Part shown: positions 1 to 7,980 of the stretch, in pieces
Numbering within the stretch: the stretch's first letter is position 1
How the letters are laid out: every line of letters begins with the position of its first letter
DNA from: a virus
Taxonomy: Duplodnaviria > Caudoviricetes
Virus record (IMG/VR): IMGVR_UViG_3300027971_004105
Direction: 5' to 3' (one strand)
DNA length: 64,000 nucleotides
The notes under the pieces: model-generated
Database searches by the model: none
Seen by the model: only the letters and a program-made list of their open reading frames with translations
What the model was told of the DNA's origin: nothing
Program-made: the position numbers and the translations under genes

Positions 1-402
1 GAAGCATATTCTGACACAGCATTAAAAAAATTCTTCACGCCTGAATTTAGAAACAGATTGGATGCTGTGGTCACATTCAAAAAATTAGGCAAACCTACCA
101 TGATCAAAATTGTGGGCAAATTCTTGACCGAATTAAAAAAATTCTTAACTGAAAAAAATATTCAAGTAACAGTGTCTGATGAAGCCATTGATTATCTTGT
201 GGACAAAGGATTTGATCCTAAAATGGGTGCTAGACCCATGCAGAGAACCATTGACAGAGAAATTAAAAAACCATTGTCAAGAGAACTGCTGTTTGGTGCT
301 TTAAAAAAGGGTGGAAAACTTGTGATCAATGCCAAAGACAATAAAATAGTATTAGAAGTGTCGAATTCGTCGCAGACCATAGAAATCGCCACAAACATCT
401 AA
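1..402 (+). CDS. clpA: ClpA/ClpB-family AAA+ ATPase, C-terminal part (5'-partial)
   Basis: Frame is open from base 1: FFTPEFRNRLDAVVTF and GFDPKMGARPMQR are D2-domain Clp signatures. Confidence 0.85.
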   Translation, partial: EAYSDTALKKFFTPEFRNRLDAVVTFKKLGKPTMIKIVGKFLTELKKFLTEKNIQVTVSDEAIDYLVDKGFDPKMGARPMQRTIDREIKKPLSRELLFGALKKGGKLVINAKDNKIVLEVSNSSQTIEIATNI

Positions 403-416
403 CAGCATACAAGGAC

Positions 417-422
417 TAAATA
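417..422 (+). promoter_or_regulatory. T4-like late promoter core TAAATA
   Basis: Intergenic TAAATA 5 nt before ATG 428; motif recurs just upstream of many starts. Confidence 0.6.
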
Positions 423-427
423 TACGT

Positions 428-790
428 ATGCCAGCATACAGCGAAACAATATTAACAGCACAAAACCATCCCAATGACAGCACATCCACCACTGTCACAG
501 GACAGCAATACAAAGGCGACGGATACTATGGTCGCAGTGATGGATTTCACACAGTGCAGTTGACTGTGACTGATTTTGTGGGTACCATAGTGATACAAGC
601 CTCATTGGCCACTGAACCCACTGCCACAGATTGGTTTGATGTCACAGGCACTGCACACACCAGCACCAACAATGCTCATGCAAATGCTGATGGTAGTTTT
701 TTTTATAATTTTACCGGTAATTTTGTGTGGATCAGAGCCAAAGTGGTGTACACAGCAGGCGATATAGCATCAATCAAACTGAATCACTAA
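428..790 (+). CDS. hypothetical protein, probably virion-associated
   Basis: 120 aa, Thr/Gly-rich beta-type composition, late promoter. Confidence 0.6.
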   Translation: MPAYSETILTAQNHPNDSTSTTVTGQQYKGDGYYGRSDGFHTVQLTVTDFVGTIVIQASLATEPTATDWFDVTGTAHTSTNNAHANADGSFFYNFTGNFVWIRAKVVYTAGDIASIKLNH

Positions 791-791
791 T

Positions 792-1379
792 ATGCAACAT
801 TTTTTCAGCATCATAGGCAAAGACATCAATCCAGAATCATTGTTGAACACAGCAATGAGCGAGAGCGCTATTGGATTGTTGGAAGACCAAACCACATATG
901 AGATTTTTGAGGATGAAGATGACAATCAGGTATTGCGAGTGGAACTGCACAGATCATTGGATTCGACTGAAGCAGATGAATTGGCAGAAAGTTTAAACGA
1001 AAAACTGAAAGCCATGGGATTGAATGAATTTGACATTGAAATCAGCACTGACGAAACATTGGATGAAGAAACACTGGAAGGTGACGATTTTCATTCAGCC
1101 TATGATGTGATGTGGTTCAATGAAGATGAAAATTTAGATGAAGCAGAATACAGAGGACGCAAAGTGCCTTTGGGTAAACCCATGCAGGGAGACGTAAAAA
1201 AGTTTAAAGTGTATGTGCGAAAACCCAACGGCAATGTGGTCAAAGTGAACTTTGGTGATCCCAACATGAGAATTAGAAAATCCAATCCAGCAAGACGTAG
1301 AAGTTTTAGAGCAAGACACAACTGTGCTAACCCAGGTCCAAGAACAAAGGCCCGTTATTGGAGTTGTCGCAAATGGTAA
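792..1379 (+). CDS. hypothetical modular head-associated protein (acidic N-part, basic C-terminal ...FRARHNC...YWSCRKW module, DUF6321-like)
   Basis: 195 aa; modules separated by LDE motifs; C-terminal module recalled from large phages. Confidence 0.6.
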   Translation: MQHFFSIIGKDINPESLLNTAMSESAIGLLEDQTTYEIFEDEDDNQVLRVELHRSLDSTEADELAESLNEKLKAMGLNEFDIEISTDETLDEETLEGDDFHSAYDVMWFNEDENLDEAEYRGRKVPLGKPMQGDVKKFKVYVRKPNGNVVKVNFGDPNMRIRKSNPARRRSFRARHNCANPGPRTKARYWSCRKW

Positions 1380-1564
1380 AAATTACAGATTACAAAACTC
1401 ATAAAAAAACTATCTCCAAGGAAGATCAAGAAGTATTCGATTGGATTGGACAGCAATTACAAGATGTTTATGATGGCAAGAATGTATATCTTTCAGATGA
1501 GTCAGTGGAGAAAGATAAACAAGCATGGTTAAAAACACAAATCACAACAGAGGAGATCAAATAA
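1373..1564 (+). CDS. hypothetical protein
   Basis: ATG 1373 overlaps the previous stop; start chosen over the track's 1358. Confidence 0.55.
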   Translation: MVKITDYKTHKKTISKEDQEVFDWIGQQLQDVYDGKNVYLSDESVEKDKQAWLKTQITTEEIK

Positions 1565-1565
1565 C

Positions 1566-1841
1566 ATGTGGGAAATGATTGAAAGAATGGTAGGAGATCG
1601 TCTGTGGATATACACAGGCATAATGGGTTCAATATTTGGTGCATTGTTTCTGACCTATATCAAAGACACTCGCATTGGCTTATGGGTGTACAGCAAGTGG
1701 GACGGAGCCATTGATTTCTTGCGTGATAGATATGGTTGGACTTGGTTAAATCAAGATCCAGATGCTTGGAAAAAATCAAATCCTGGTGCGGCCAAAAAGA
1801 TAGACGAATTAGAAGCAAGAATTAAAAGATTGGAAAAATAA
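1566..1841 (+). CDS. hypothetical membrane protein
   Basis: One hydrophobic segment (LWIYTGIMGSIFGALFLTYI) and a C-terminal coiled coil. Confidence 0.65.
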   Translation: MWEMIERMVGDRLWIYTGIMGSIFGALFLTYIKDTRIGLWVYSKWDGAIDFLRDRYGWTWLNQDPDAWKKSNPGAAKKIDELEARIKRLEK

Positions 1842-1843
1842 TC

Positions 1844-2170
1844 ATGGTCAAGATGAAAGATTTCACAGCAATTACCAGAGACAACATGGGATATGATGTG
1901 GTAGAGGACATATATCAATTCATGTTGAATGACAGTGTTTTTTTTAGGAAACATTTCTTTCCAGTGGCCAAACAAGTCACAGACAATCATATGATTGAAA
2001 AAGATGTCAACATGTGGAGCAATTGTGTGGAAAATGCCATCCAAGAATATTTTAAAAAATTTAAAATCAAAGCCAAACCAGAAAAAATAATCAATGCAGA
2101 TGATCGCGTGAATCTTGTGGGCAAGATTACCAAAGGGTTGGCACAACATCCGGTCAAGAATGCACAATGA
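1844..2170 (+). CDS. hypothetical protein
   Basis: 108 aa, tightly packed, ATGA overlap with next gene. Confidence 0.65.
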   Translation: MVKMKDFTAITRDNMGYDVVEDIYQFMLNDSVFFRKHFFPVAKQVTDNHMIEKDVNMWSNCVENAIQEYFKKFKIKAKPEKIINADDRVNLVGKITKGLAQHPVKNAQ

Positions 2171-2733
2171 GACTCATAGAAATAAGTCAGCCAGCGCCTA
2201 AAATTGCCGCATTTGCTTACGGCAGAATGAATCCACCCACCACAGGTCATAAAAAATTAGTGGATACCATTGCGTCTCAGCCAGGAGATCATTTTTTATT
2301 TTTAACACACACTCAAGATGCCAAAACAAATCCTTTGAGTTTTGAAGACAAAGTGCTGTATGCTCAAAAAATGTTCCCCACAGTCACAGTGGGAGATGCA
2401 GGAGTTAAAACCATCATTGATGCCATGAAGAAATTACAAGGCATGGGCTACCGAGATATCATATATGTGGCAGGTTCAGACAGAGTACAACAATTTGATC
2501 AATTGCTGAGCAAATACAATGGCAAAGATTATCAGTTTGACAGTATTAGAACTGTGAATGCTGGCATGAGAGATCCAGATGCCGAAGGTGCTGCAGGTGT
2601 GAGTGCCAGCAAAGCCCGTGAATATGCTGTGCAAGGTGCTAGACGCAGCTTTTTAAGCACCATTCCCGCAGATGAAAAAATTGGCAACGAGATATATCAA
2701 AAAATACGTCAAAACCTAAAGCAAACAGCATAA
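2167..2733 (+). CDS. cytidyltransferase-like (HIGH-family) nucleotidyltransferase
   Basis: YGRMNPPTTGHKKL (HIGH-like), VAGSDR, SASKAR (KMSKS-like). Confidence 0.8.
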   Translation: MRLIEISQPAPKIAAFAYGRMNPPTTGHKKLVDTIASQPGDHFLFLTHTQDAKTNPLSFEDKVLYAQKMFPTVTVGDAGVKTIIDAMKKLQGMGYRDIIYVAGSDRVQQFDQLLSKYNGKDYQFDSIRTVNAGMRDPDAEGAAGVSASKAREYAVQGARRSFLSTIPADEKIGNEIYQKIRQNLKQTA

Positions 2734-2736
2734 ATA
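2731..2736 (+). promoter_or_regulatory. T4-like late promoter core TAAATA
   Basis: 4 nt before ATG 2741, no SD in between. Confidence 0.55.
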
Positions 2737-2740
2737 TTGT

Positions 2741-2959
2741 ATGAACGAGATTGATAAATTAAAAAAACTGGCAGGCATAGACACTCTTTCACACACAATG
2801 CCATCAGTGGAAAATATCAGTCACACAGCACAGGCATTAAAAGACAAAGAAAAAAAATTAGGCTTGAAACCAGGTGATCCAGATTGGTTCAAACTGTGGT
2901 TCAGTCTGCCACACATGACTGGTTCAGTAGACAGTAAATTTAGAGGAAGAAAGAAATGA
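2741..2959 (+). CDS. hypothetical protein (LKKLAGI motif)
   Basis: 72 aa, ATGA overlap with next gene. Confidence 0.65.
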   Translation: MNEIDKLKKLAGIDTLSHTMPSVENISHTAQALKDKEKKLGLKPGDPDWFKLWFSLPHMTGSVDSKFRGRKK

Positions 2960-3825
2960 AGCTAAGACACATCATCAACGAAATGGGTTCTAGAATGCCA
3001 TCATCTATGGTAAAAACTAAATCTAAACTGGACATGATGAATCCAGATGAGATTAGAGCGTTCTTTAAAAATAGAGAAGATTTTGCAGCACAACACAGAG
3101 GCGGAAAGATAGCACCAGGATTTTCAGCCAAAGAATTAGCACAGAGACAGGAGTTCAGCTATGGCAGAGAATTTGCCAAAGGTCGTCCTTACTCTAAACA
3201 TTTTGAAAGCACAGAATTAGACGAAGGTTTAAAAGATTGGTTACAAAAAATGGCTGTGGCTGGAATTATTGTGGGCAGTGTGGCAGGCATAGGTTCCATC
3301 AATAATGCCATCAATAATAATGTGCCAGTGATACAAGCCATGAACAAAGCATTAGATGTTGCTAATCAAAAAGGCGACAAACAATTGATACAGAACATAA
3401 AACAAGATATTGATGTGGCTAAAATAAGTTTGGATTCAGGCAAAGATTTGAATACTGTAAAGCAATTACAAGATAGATATGCAAAATTTATGCCAGCTGA
3501 TTATAAACCTTCTACTCCTAAGACAGTGGGCGAAGAAGTGTCTAAAACAGACACACTGACCATAGACATACCTATGTTTATTAGATTGATGGAATATGCC
3601 AGAGAAGATGCCAAGACTGATATGGATCTACACAATGTTACCACAAATTTATTAAAGATCAAAGACAAAACTATCAGCATGGCTGATTATGATCAAGTGG
3701 TTCAGTCCACAGATGTTGACACTGCTGACGAAAGTTTCAAAGATAAAATTGCTAAAAAAATTGTTCAACCCATAAAAGATTACAACAAAGACAAAGATAA
3801 AGAGCAAGAACCAAAAAAATCTTAA
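2956..3825 (+). CDS. modular hypothetical protein, putative internal head protein
   Basis: MKLRHIINE N-terminus; modules bounded by xxE sites. Confidence 0.6.
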   Translation: MKLRHIINEMGSRMPSSMVKTKSKLDMMNPDEIRAFFKNREDFAAQHRGGKIAPGFSAKELAQRQEFSYGREFAKGRPYSKHFESTELDEGLKDWLQKMAVAGIIVGSVAGIGSINNAINNNVPVIQAMNKALDVANQKGDKQLIQNIKQDIDVAKISLDSGKDLNTVKQLQDRYAKFMPADYKPSTPKTVGEEVSKTDTLTIDIPMFIRLMEYAREDAKTDMDLHNVTTNLLKIKDKTISMADYDQVVQSTDVDTADESFKDKIAKKIVQPIKDYNKDKDKEQEPKKS

Positions 3826-3829
3826 TCAT

Positions 3830-3991
3830 ATGATCAAAGAAAAACCATACTGTGTCAACTGCGGTGGGTCAACTCATTGTGGTAAAACTTTCAAAAGAAA
3901 AGAGAGCGAAACTGTCAATAACAAAGTCACACGTGAATGGACCATAGAAGTATGCCGCAATTGTTGTTGTTCAAAATGTGACAAAGAGTAA
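3830..3991 (+). CDS. small Cys-rich (putative Zn-binding) protein, 53 aa, absent from the ORF track
   Basis: Hand translation MIKEKPYCVNCGGSTHCGK...EVCRNCCCSKCDKE*; TAATG coupling to next gene. Confidence 0.7.
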   Translation: MIKEKPYCVNCGGSTHCGKTFKRKESETVNNKVTREWTIEVCRNCCCSKCDKE

Positions 3992-4710
3992 TGAAAATAG
4001 CCGAAATCACACATACCAAAATAACACTTGATTTGCACAACGAAAAGTTGTATAATAATACTTGCATGACAGAACAAAATCAAGTGAGACCCACTGTGTA
4101 TTTGGACATGGATGGTGTGATTGCTGACTTTTTTGGTGGAGTGGAGAAATTGTACGGTGTGGATCACTGGAAACAATTGACTTCTGACAAAACCAAAGAT
4201 CTCAAACAAGAAGTGATAGACAGAATAGCCGGCACAGATTTCTTTGCTAATCTGCCTAAATTTCCCACAACTGACACACTGATTGAAATGATTAAAAAAT
4301 TCACTGGTGGAAAATACAGCATACTAACATCTCCATTGAGAGGTGACACTGAAAACAGTGGATATTACAAAAAGATTTGGATAGGTAAAAACATAGTCAA
4401 GCCTGATGAGATTATTGTTACAGGCAGCAAAGAAGGTTGGGCCACAAAGAATGGTGTGAGCAACATATTGATTGACGATAGACCTATCAATATTGAAAAG
4501 TGGCGTGCCAAAGGTGGATATGGCATACTGTATCAAGCCAACAAAGATCCATTGAGCAAAGTCACACAAGCATTTGAAAATTATCATAAAAAACAATTGG
4601 AACCTGTGGAAGATGCAGCAGGCGTGGGCATCATTACCAAACAAAATACCACTCGAGATGTCAAACCAGGTGAGATCCGCAGACAAGCAAAAAAATTAAA
4701 ACTGGTTTAA
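3991..4710 (+). CDS. HAD-family 5'(3')-deoxyribonucleotidase with N- and C-terminal extensions
   Basis: YLDMDGVIADF motif I and ILIDD motif IV; possible second start ATG 4066. Confidence 0.85.
   Translation: MKIAEITHTKITLDLHNEKLYNNTCMTEQNQVRPTVYLDMDGVIADFFGGVEKLYGVDHWKQLTSDKTKDLKQEVIDRIAGTDFFANLPKFPTTDTLIEMIKKFTGGKYSILTSPLRGDTENSGYYKKIWIGKNIVKPDEIIVTGSKEGWATKNGVSNILIDDRPINIEKWRAKGGYGILYQANKDPLSKVTQAFENYHKKQLEPVEDAAGVGIITKQNTTRDVKPGEIRRQAKKLKLV
4028..4056 (+). promoter_or_regulatory. sigma70-type promoter internal to the nucleotidase N-terminal extension
   Basis: TTGATT-17 bp-TATAAT, 9 nt before in-frame ATG 4066. Confidence 0.65.
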
Positions 4711-4714
4711 TACC

Positions 4715-4918
4715 ATGAAGATTCGTGAAGTAACAGAAAATTTTGCAGATGGCAAAGGTCCAGGCAAACCAGGTGACAGCAAGCGAGCAGGCATACCCAA
4801 AGGTGCTACCATCACACAATTAAAAAAGATACGCAGTTCTAAAACAGCATCCGCACGCAAGAAACAACTGGCACACTGGCAAATAAACATGCGCCAAGGT
4901 CGCAAACGCACTAAATAA
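4715..4918 (+). CDS. small basic putative internal head protein
   Basis: MKIREVTE N-terminus, Lys/Arg-rich body. Confidence 0.65.
   Translation: MKIREVTENFADGKGPGKPGDSKRAGIPKGATITQLKKIRSSKTASARKKQLAHWQINMRQGRKRTK
4912..4917 (+). promoter_or_regulatory. T4-like late promoter core TAAATA
   Basis: 8 nt before ATG 4926. Confidence 0.5.
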
Positions 4919-4925
4919 TAGTGCT

Positions 4926-5105
4926 ATGAAAATCAACGAAATTTTTAATTGTTCACTGTGTGGTAATCCCAGTTATCTAACACTGTCTGAATCTGAAAAA
5001 CAAAAAGGTGTGGACGGCAAAGTGTGTTGGAAAGGCTACAAACGCATGGGCACCAAAATGAAAGGTGGCAAACGTGTAGATAATTGTGTGCCATCAGGCA
5101 AATAG
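4926..5105 (+). CDS. small putative internal head protein, 59 aa, absent from the ORF track
   Basis: Hand translation MKINEIFNCSLCGNP...CWKGYKRMGTKMKGGKRVDNCVPSGK*; stop abuts ATG 5106. Confidence 0.75.
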   Translation: MKINEIFNCSLCGNPSYLTLSESEKQKGVDGKVCWKGYKRMGTKMKGGKRVDNCVPSGK

Positions 5106-5297
5106 ATGAAAATCAAAGAAATTACCGAATCCCGAGCAGATTATCATTACGGCATTGATCCAGCACAGTTGAGCTACACATTCAAAGTGGGCGATATATA
5201 CGGTCCAAAAAATCTCAAAGTACCACACGCAAGACTGTACAAAGGTGGCAAAGCAGTGAAAAAGCTGGGCATCACTGTGCCCAAAGTTCACAAATAA
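5106..5297 (+). CDS. small putative internal head protein
   Basis: MKIKEITE N-terminus. Confidence 0.65.
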   Translation: MKIKEITESRADYHYGIDPAQLSYTFKVGDIYGPKNLKVPHARLYKGGKAVKKLGITVPKVHK

Positions 5298-5335
5298 TCC
5301 CAAACACCACATAAATACAGCATAGGCGAAACACA

Positions 5336-5536
5336 ATGAAAATAAGAGACATCATAAGAGAAGTGGCATCTGTAGGATCCACATCTGCGGGCAATATTGC
5401 CAGCATAGCCAATCCACACGTGACCAATCCTTATGCTCACAAAAGTGCCAAAGCCAAACCCAAAAAACAAAAACCCACTGATAATGCACTGGACATGAAA
5501 AACGTCAGCATATTCGGCGGCCCATTAAAAAGATAA
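5336..5536 (+). CDS. small putative internal head protein
   Basis: MKIRDIIRE N-terminus; TAAATA at 5312-5317. Confidence 0.65.
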   Translation: MKIRDIIREVASVGSTSAGNIASIANPHVTNPYAHKSAKAKPKKQKPTDNALDMKNVSIFGGPLKR

Positions 5537-5539
5537 ATA
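5534..5539 (+). promoter_or_regulatory. T4-like late promoter core TAAATA
   Basis: 5 nt before ATG 5545. Confidence 0.55.
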
Positions 5540-5544
5540 CTCAT

Positions 5545-5922
5545 ATGAAATACAAACAGATCAAAGAAGGTTTAGGAGATGCAGCTCACAAAGCTGAGTT
5601 GGATCACGAAGTTCAAATGGCTCGTGCTGACCTATACAAGTTGGCCAAATACAGCATCAAACTGCATGAGTTGTTAAAGAACGTTTCGGAAGCAGAAGGT
5701 CTGGAAGGTTGGGTTCAAGCCAAGATCACTAAAGCTGCTGATTACATCAGTTCTGTGTATCATTACATGGATTATGATGAAAAATTTGATCAAGCTGAAA
5801 TTGACAGCATACCTGTGCAAGACATTGCGAAACAATCCGATGGCAAAATAGAAACCTACGAAGAGATTCTTTTTAAAATCTTAAATAAAAAAGTCACAGA
5901 GAAGAAAAATAACAAAAAATAA
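5545..5922 (+). CDS. putative internal head protein
   Basis: MKYKQIKE N-terminus; helical DHEVQMARADLYK...WVQAKITKA module. Confidence 0.65.
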   Translation: MKYKQIKEGLGDAAHKAELDHEVQMARADLYKLAKYSIKLHELLKNVSEAEGLEGWVQAKITKAADYISSVYHYMDYDEKFDQAEIDSIPVQDIAKQSDGKIETYEEILFKILNKKVTEKKNNKK

Positions 5923-5939
5923 AAAATTGGAGTGCTGGA

Positions 5940-6458
5940 ATGAAAATTAATGAAATAGTTTCAGAAGCACCTTTTGTCAAAGCATTAAAAAGTTTCCCTG
6001 CTCAAGCAACCAAAGCCATAAAAAATTTCCCCAATCAAATAAAGCAAGGCGCCAAAGACGTTAAACAAACAGTAAAAAACTTTCCAGGAAGTGTTCAAAA
6101 TTATTTGTCAAAAGACGACAATATGTCTAAAATAGCCACTGATATTTCCACCATAGGTGGTGGCCCAGGTCTTAAAGACTATGGAGCTGGTGACAAATCA
6201 TCAGATGCACAATTTCAGGATCTGTTAAATGTGCTACAGGATAAATCCTTGAGCAAAAAAATTGACAAGCAAAAAATTACCACAGCAATGACAAACATGT
6301 ATCAATCAGATAGACAACTTCCCACTGATAGACAGTATTTTATAAATGCAATCAAGCATTTATCCGCAACACACCCAGAGATCACGCCAGACAAAATATA
6401 CAGCGAGTATAAACCAATATTCAAAAGATATCAAATCAATCCTAACGAAATAAAATAA
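5940..6458 (+). CDS. putative internal head protein
   Basis: MKINEIVSE N-terminus; short internal repeat (KSFP/KNFP x3). Confidence 0.6.
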   Translation: MKINEIVSEAPFVKALKSFPAQATKAIKNFPNQIKQGAKDVKQTVKNFPGSVQNYLSKDDNMSKIATDISTIGGGPGLKDYGAGDKSSDAQFQDLLNVLQDKSLSKKIDKQKITTAMTNMYQSDRQLPTDRQYFINAIKHLSATHPEITPDKIYSEYKPIFKRYQINPNEIK

Positions 6459-6478
6459 TTGATTGATAACTATTGTGT

Positions 6479-7129
6479 ATGAATTTCGTAGTGAACACGC
6501 CATACATTCAAGCCTACATCAAAAAAGAATATCTGTATGACTTTCAAAAAGGTCATGGAGAATTTGTGCCTTGCAATTGGGTCACATTAAAGTCTATTCC
6601 TCGCAGAGCATTCTACATAGAAGCATATCTACCAGAATATGGTGCACTGTATGACAAATTGCCTTTGAGTGCATTTGTTTGGCGCACAGATATCAAACCA
6701 GAAGAACAGTTGCCTTTGGATTACTTGCAACTGTGGGATGGCTTCAGCTATCATATCACCATCATTGAGAAACAATATCTACAGTACAGCCGAGTGGATG
6801 TGATTCTCAAAGATGGCAAAAAGATGTCAGGGGTATATCTGTTCACAGTGGACAGTGCTCATTCAGATCCCAACACTCCCAATGTGACTGAATCAGAAGT
6901 GCCATCTGAACACAAAGGACACAACATAGGCCAATTGGACAATGGTCAATTTTTTGCTCAGCCCAACAATAGAATGATCTGGCATGAATCCAGTGCCAAT
7001 CCAGGCAAGTTAAAAACACCCGATTTCAAAGTGAGTACCAAATATTGGCACTGTGAACAGAATGCCAAATGGGTGTTTGGTGATTCTGATGAATATTTTT
7101 ACAAAGAATCCAAAAAAGAAGACAAATAA
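6479..7129 (+). CDS. conserved hypothetical phage protein
   Basis: KKEYLYDFQKGHGEF and FFAQPNNR motifs; ATG 6479 preferred over GTG 6473. Confidence 0.7.
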   Translation: MNFVVNTPYIQAYIKKEYLYDFQKGHGEFVPCNWVTLKSIPRRAFYIEAYLPEYGALYDKLPLSAFVWRTDIKPEEQLPLDYLQLWDGFSYHITIIEKQYLQYSRVDVILKDGKKMSGVYLFTVDSAHSDPNTPNVTESEVPSEHKGHNIGQLDNGQFFAQPNNRMIWHESSANPGKLKTPDFKVSTKYWHCEQNAKWVFGDSDEYFYKESKKEDK

Positions 7130-7132
7130 ACC

Positions 7133-7161
7133 TTGACAATTGCGTGATAATCGATTACAAT
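7133..7161 (+). promoter_or_regulatory. sigma70-type promoter
   Basis: TTGACA-17 bp-TACAAT; AAGGAG SD before ATG 7191. Confidence 0.8.
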
Positions 7162-7190
7162 ACAACAATCTAAATCAAAGGAGAAATAAA

Positions 7191-7448
7191 ATGGCAAGAA
7201 CATATGGCCCAGAAGAACAAGCCAAACTGAAAAAAATAGTGGATGAAGGTGTTAATGTGCTTTCAGAAATTGAAGATTTAAGCACAGGTTTGAAAGACAC
7301 TATCAAAGCAGTGGCAGAAGAATTAGAAATTAAACCAGCCATCATCAACAGAGCAATCAAAATTGCTCAAAAAGGTGATTGGAACAAAGTTGCTGAAGAG
7401 TTTGACAATTTAGAAAACTTGGTGATAGCAGTAGGCAAAGACAAGTAA
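7191..7448 (+). CDS. small dsDNA-binding protein (T4 DsbA/GapR-like)
   Basis: 85 aa helical, ...LKDTIKAVAEELEIKPAIINRAIKIA pattern; strong SD. Confidence 0.55.
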   Translation: MARTYGPEEQAKLKKIVDEGVNVLSEIEDLSTGLKDTIKAVAEELEIKPAIINRAIKIAQKGDWNKVAEEFDNLENLVIAVGKDK

Positions 7449-7457
7449 TCTATTAAG

Positions 7458-7682
7458 ATGATTAGATGGGTCGCAGCAGGGTTTGGTATCACAGCAGCCA
7501 CCATTCATGCCACGGCCATCATCTCCCTACAATGGTTGGGTTGGCTGATCTGCCTAGCATCCATATCCTTATGGTATTATATTGCCATACTGGACAAAGA
7601 CAGAGCTAGACAAACTCAACAGATATATTTTCTTATCATTGCTGTGATAGCAGTGTACAATTGGTCAAAACACATTTGGTAA
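7458..7682 (+). CDS. small membrane protein
   Basis: Three hydrophobic segments. Confidence 0.65.
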   Translation: MIRWVAAGFGITAATIHATAIISLQWLGWLICLASISLWYYIAILDKDRARQTQQIYFLIIAVIAVYNWSKHIW

Positions 7683-7686
7683 TCCT

Positions 7687-7980
7687 ATGAAGTACATCAT
7701 TGACATTGACAACACAATTTGCTATAATAAAGACAGCGATTATGTCAACAGTACACCTGACATCACACGCATAGCCCGAGTTAATCAGTTGTATGATGAT
7801 GGACACGAGATTCATTATTACACAGCAAGAGGTGGCAACTCCGGCAAAGACTGGAGTGAGTTAACTCGTCAACAGTTGACTGAATGGGGGTGCAAATTCC
7901 ATTCAGTAAATTTGGGCAAACCAGTGTATGATGTTTGGGTGGATGACAGAGCAGTAAACGCAAAGGATTTTTTTAAATGA
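7687..7980 (+). CDS. minimal HAD-superfamily phosphatase
   Basis: IIDIDNTIC, YYTARG and GKPVYDVWVDD motifs. Confidence 0.75.
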   Translation: MKYIIDIDNTICYNKDSDYVNSTPDITRIARVNQLYDDGHEIHYYTARGGNSGKDWSELTRQQLTEWGCKFHSVNLGKPVYDVWVDDRAVNAKDFFK

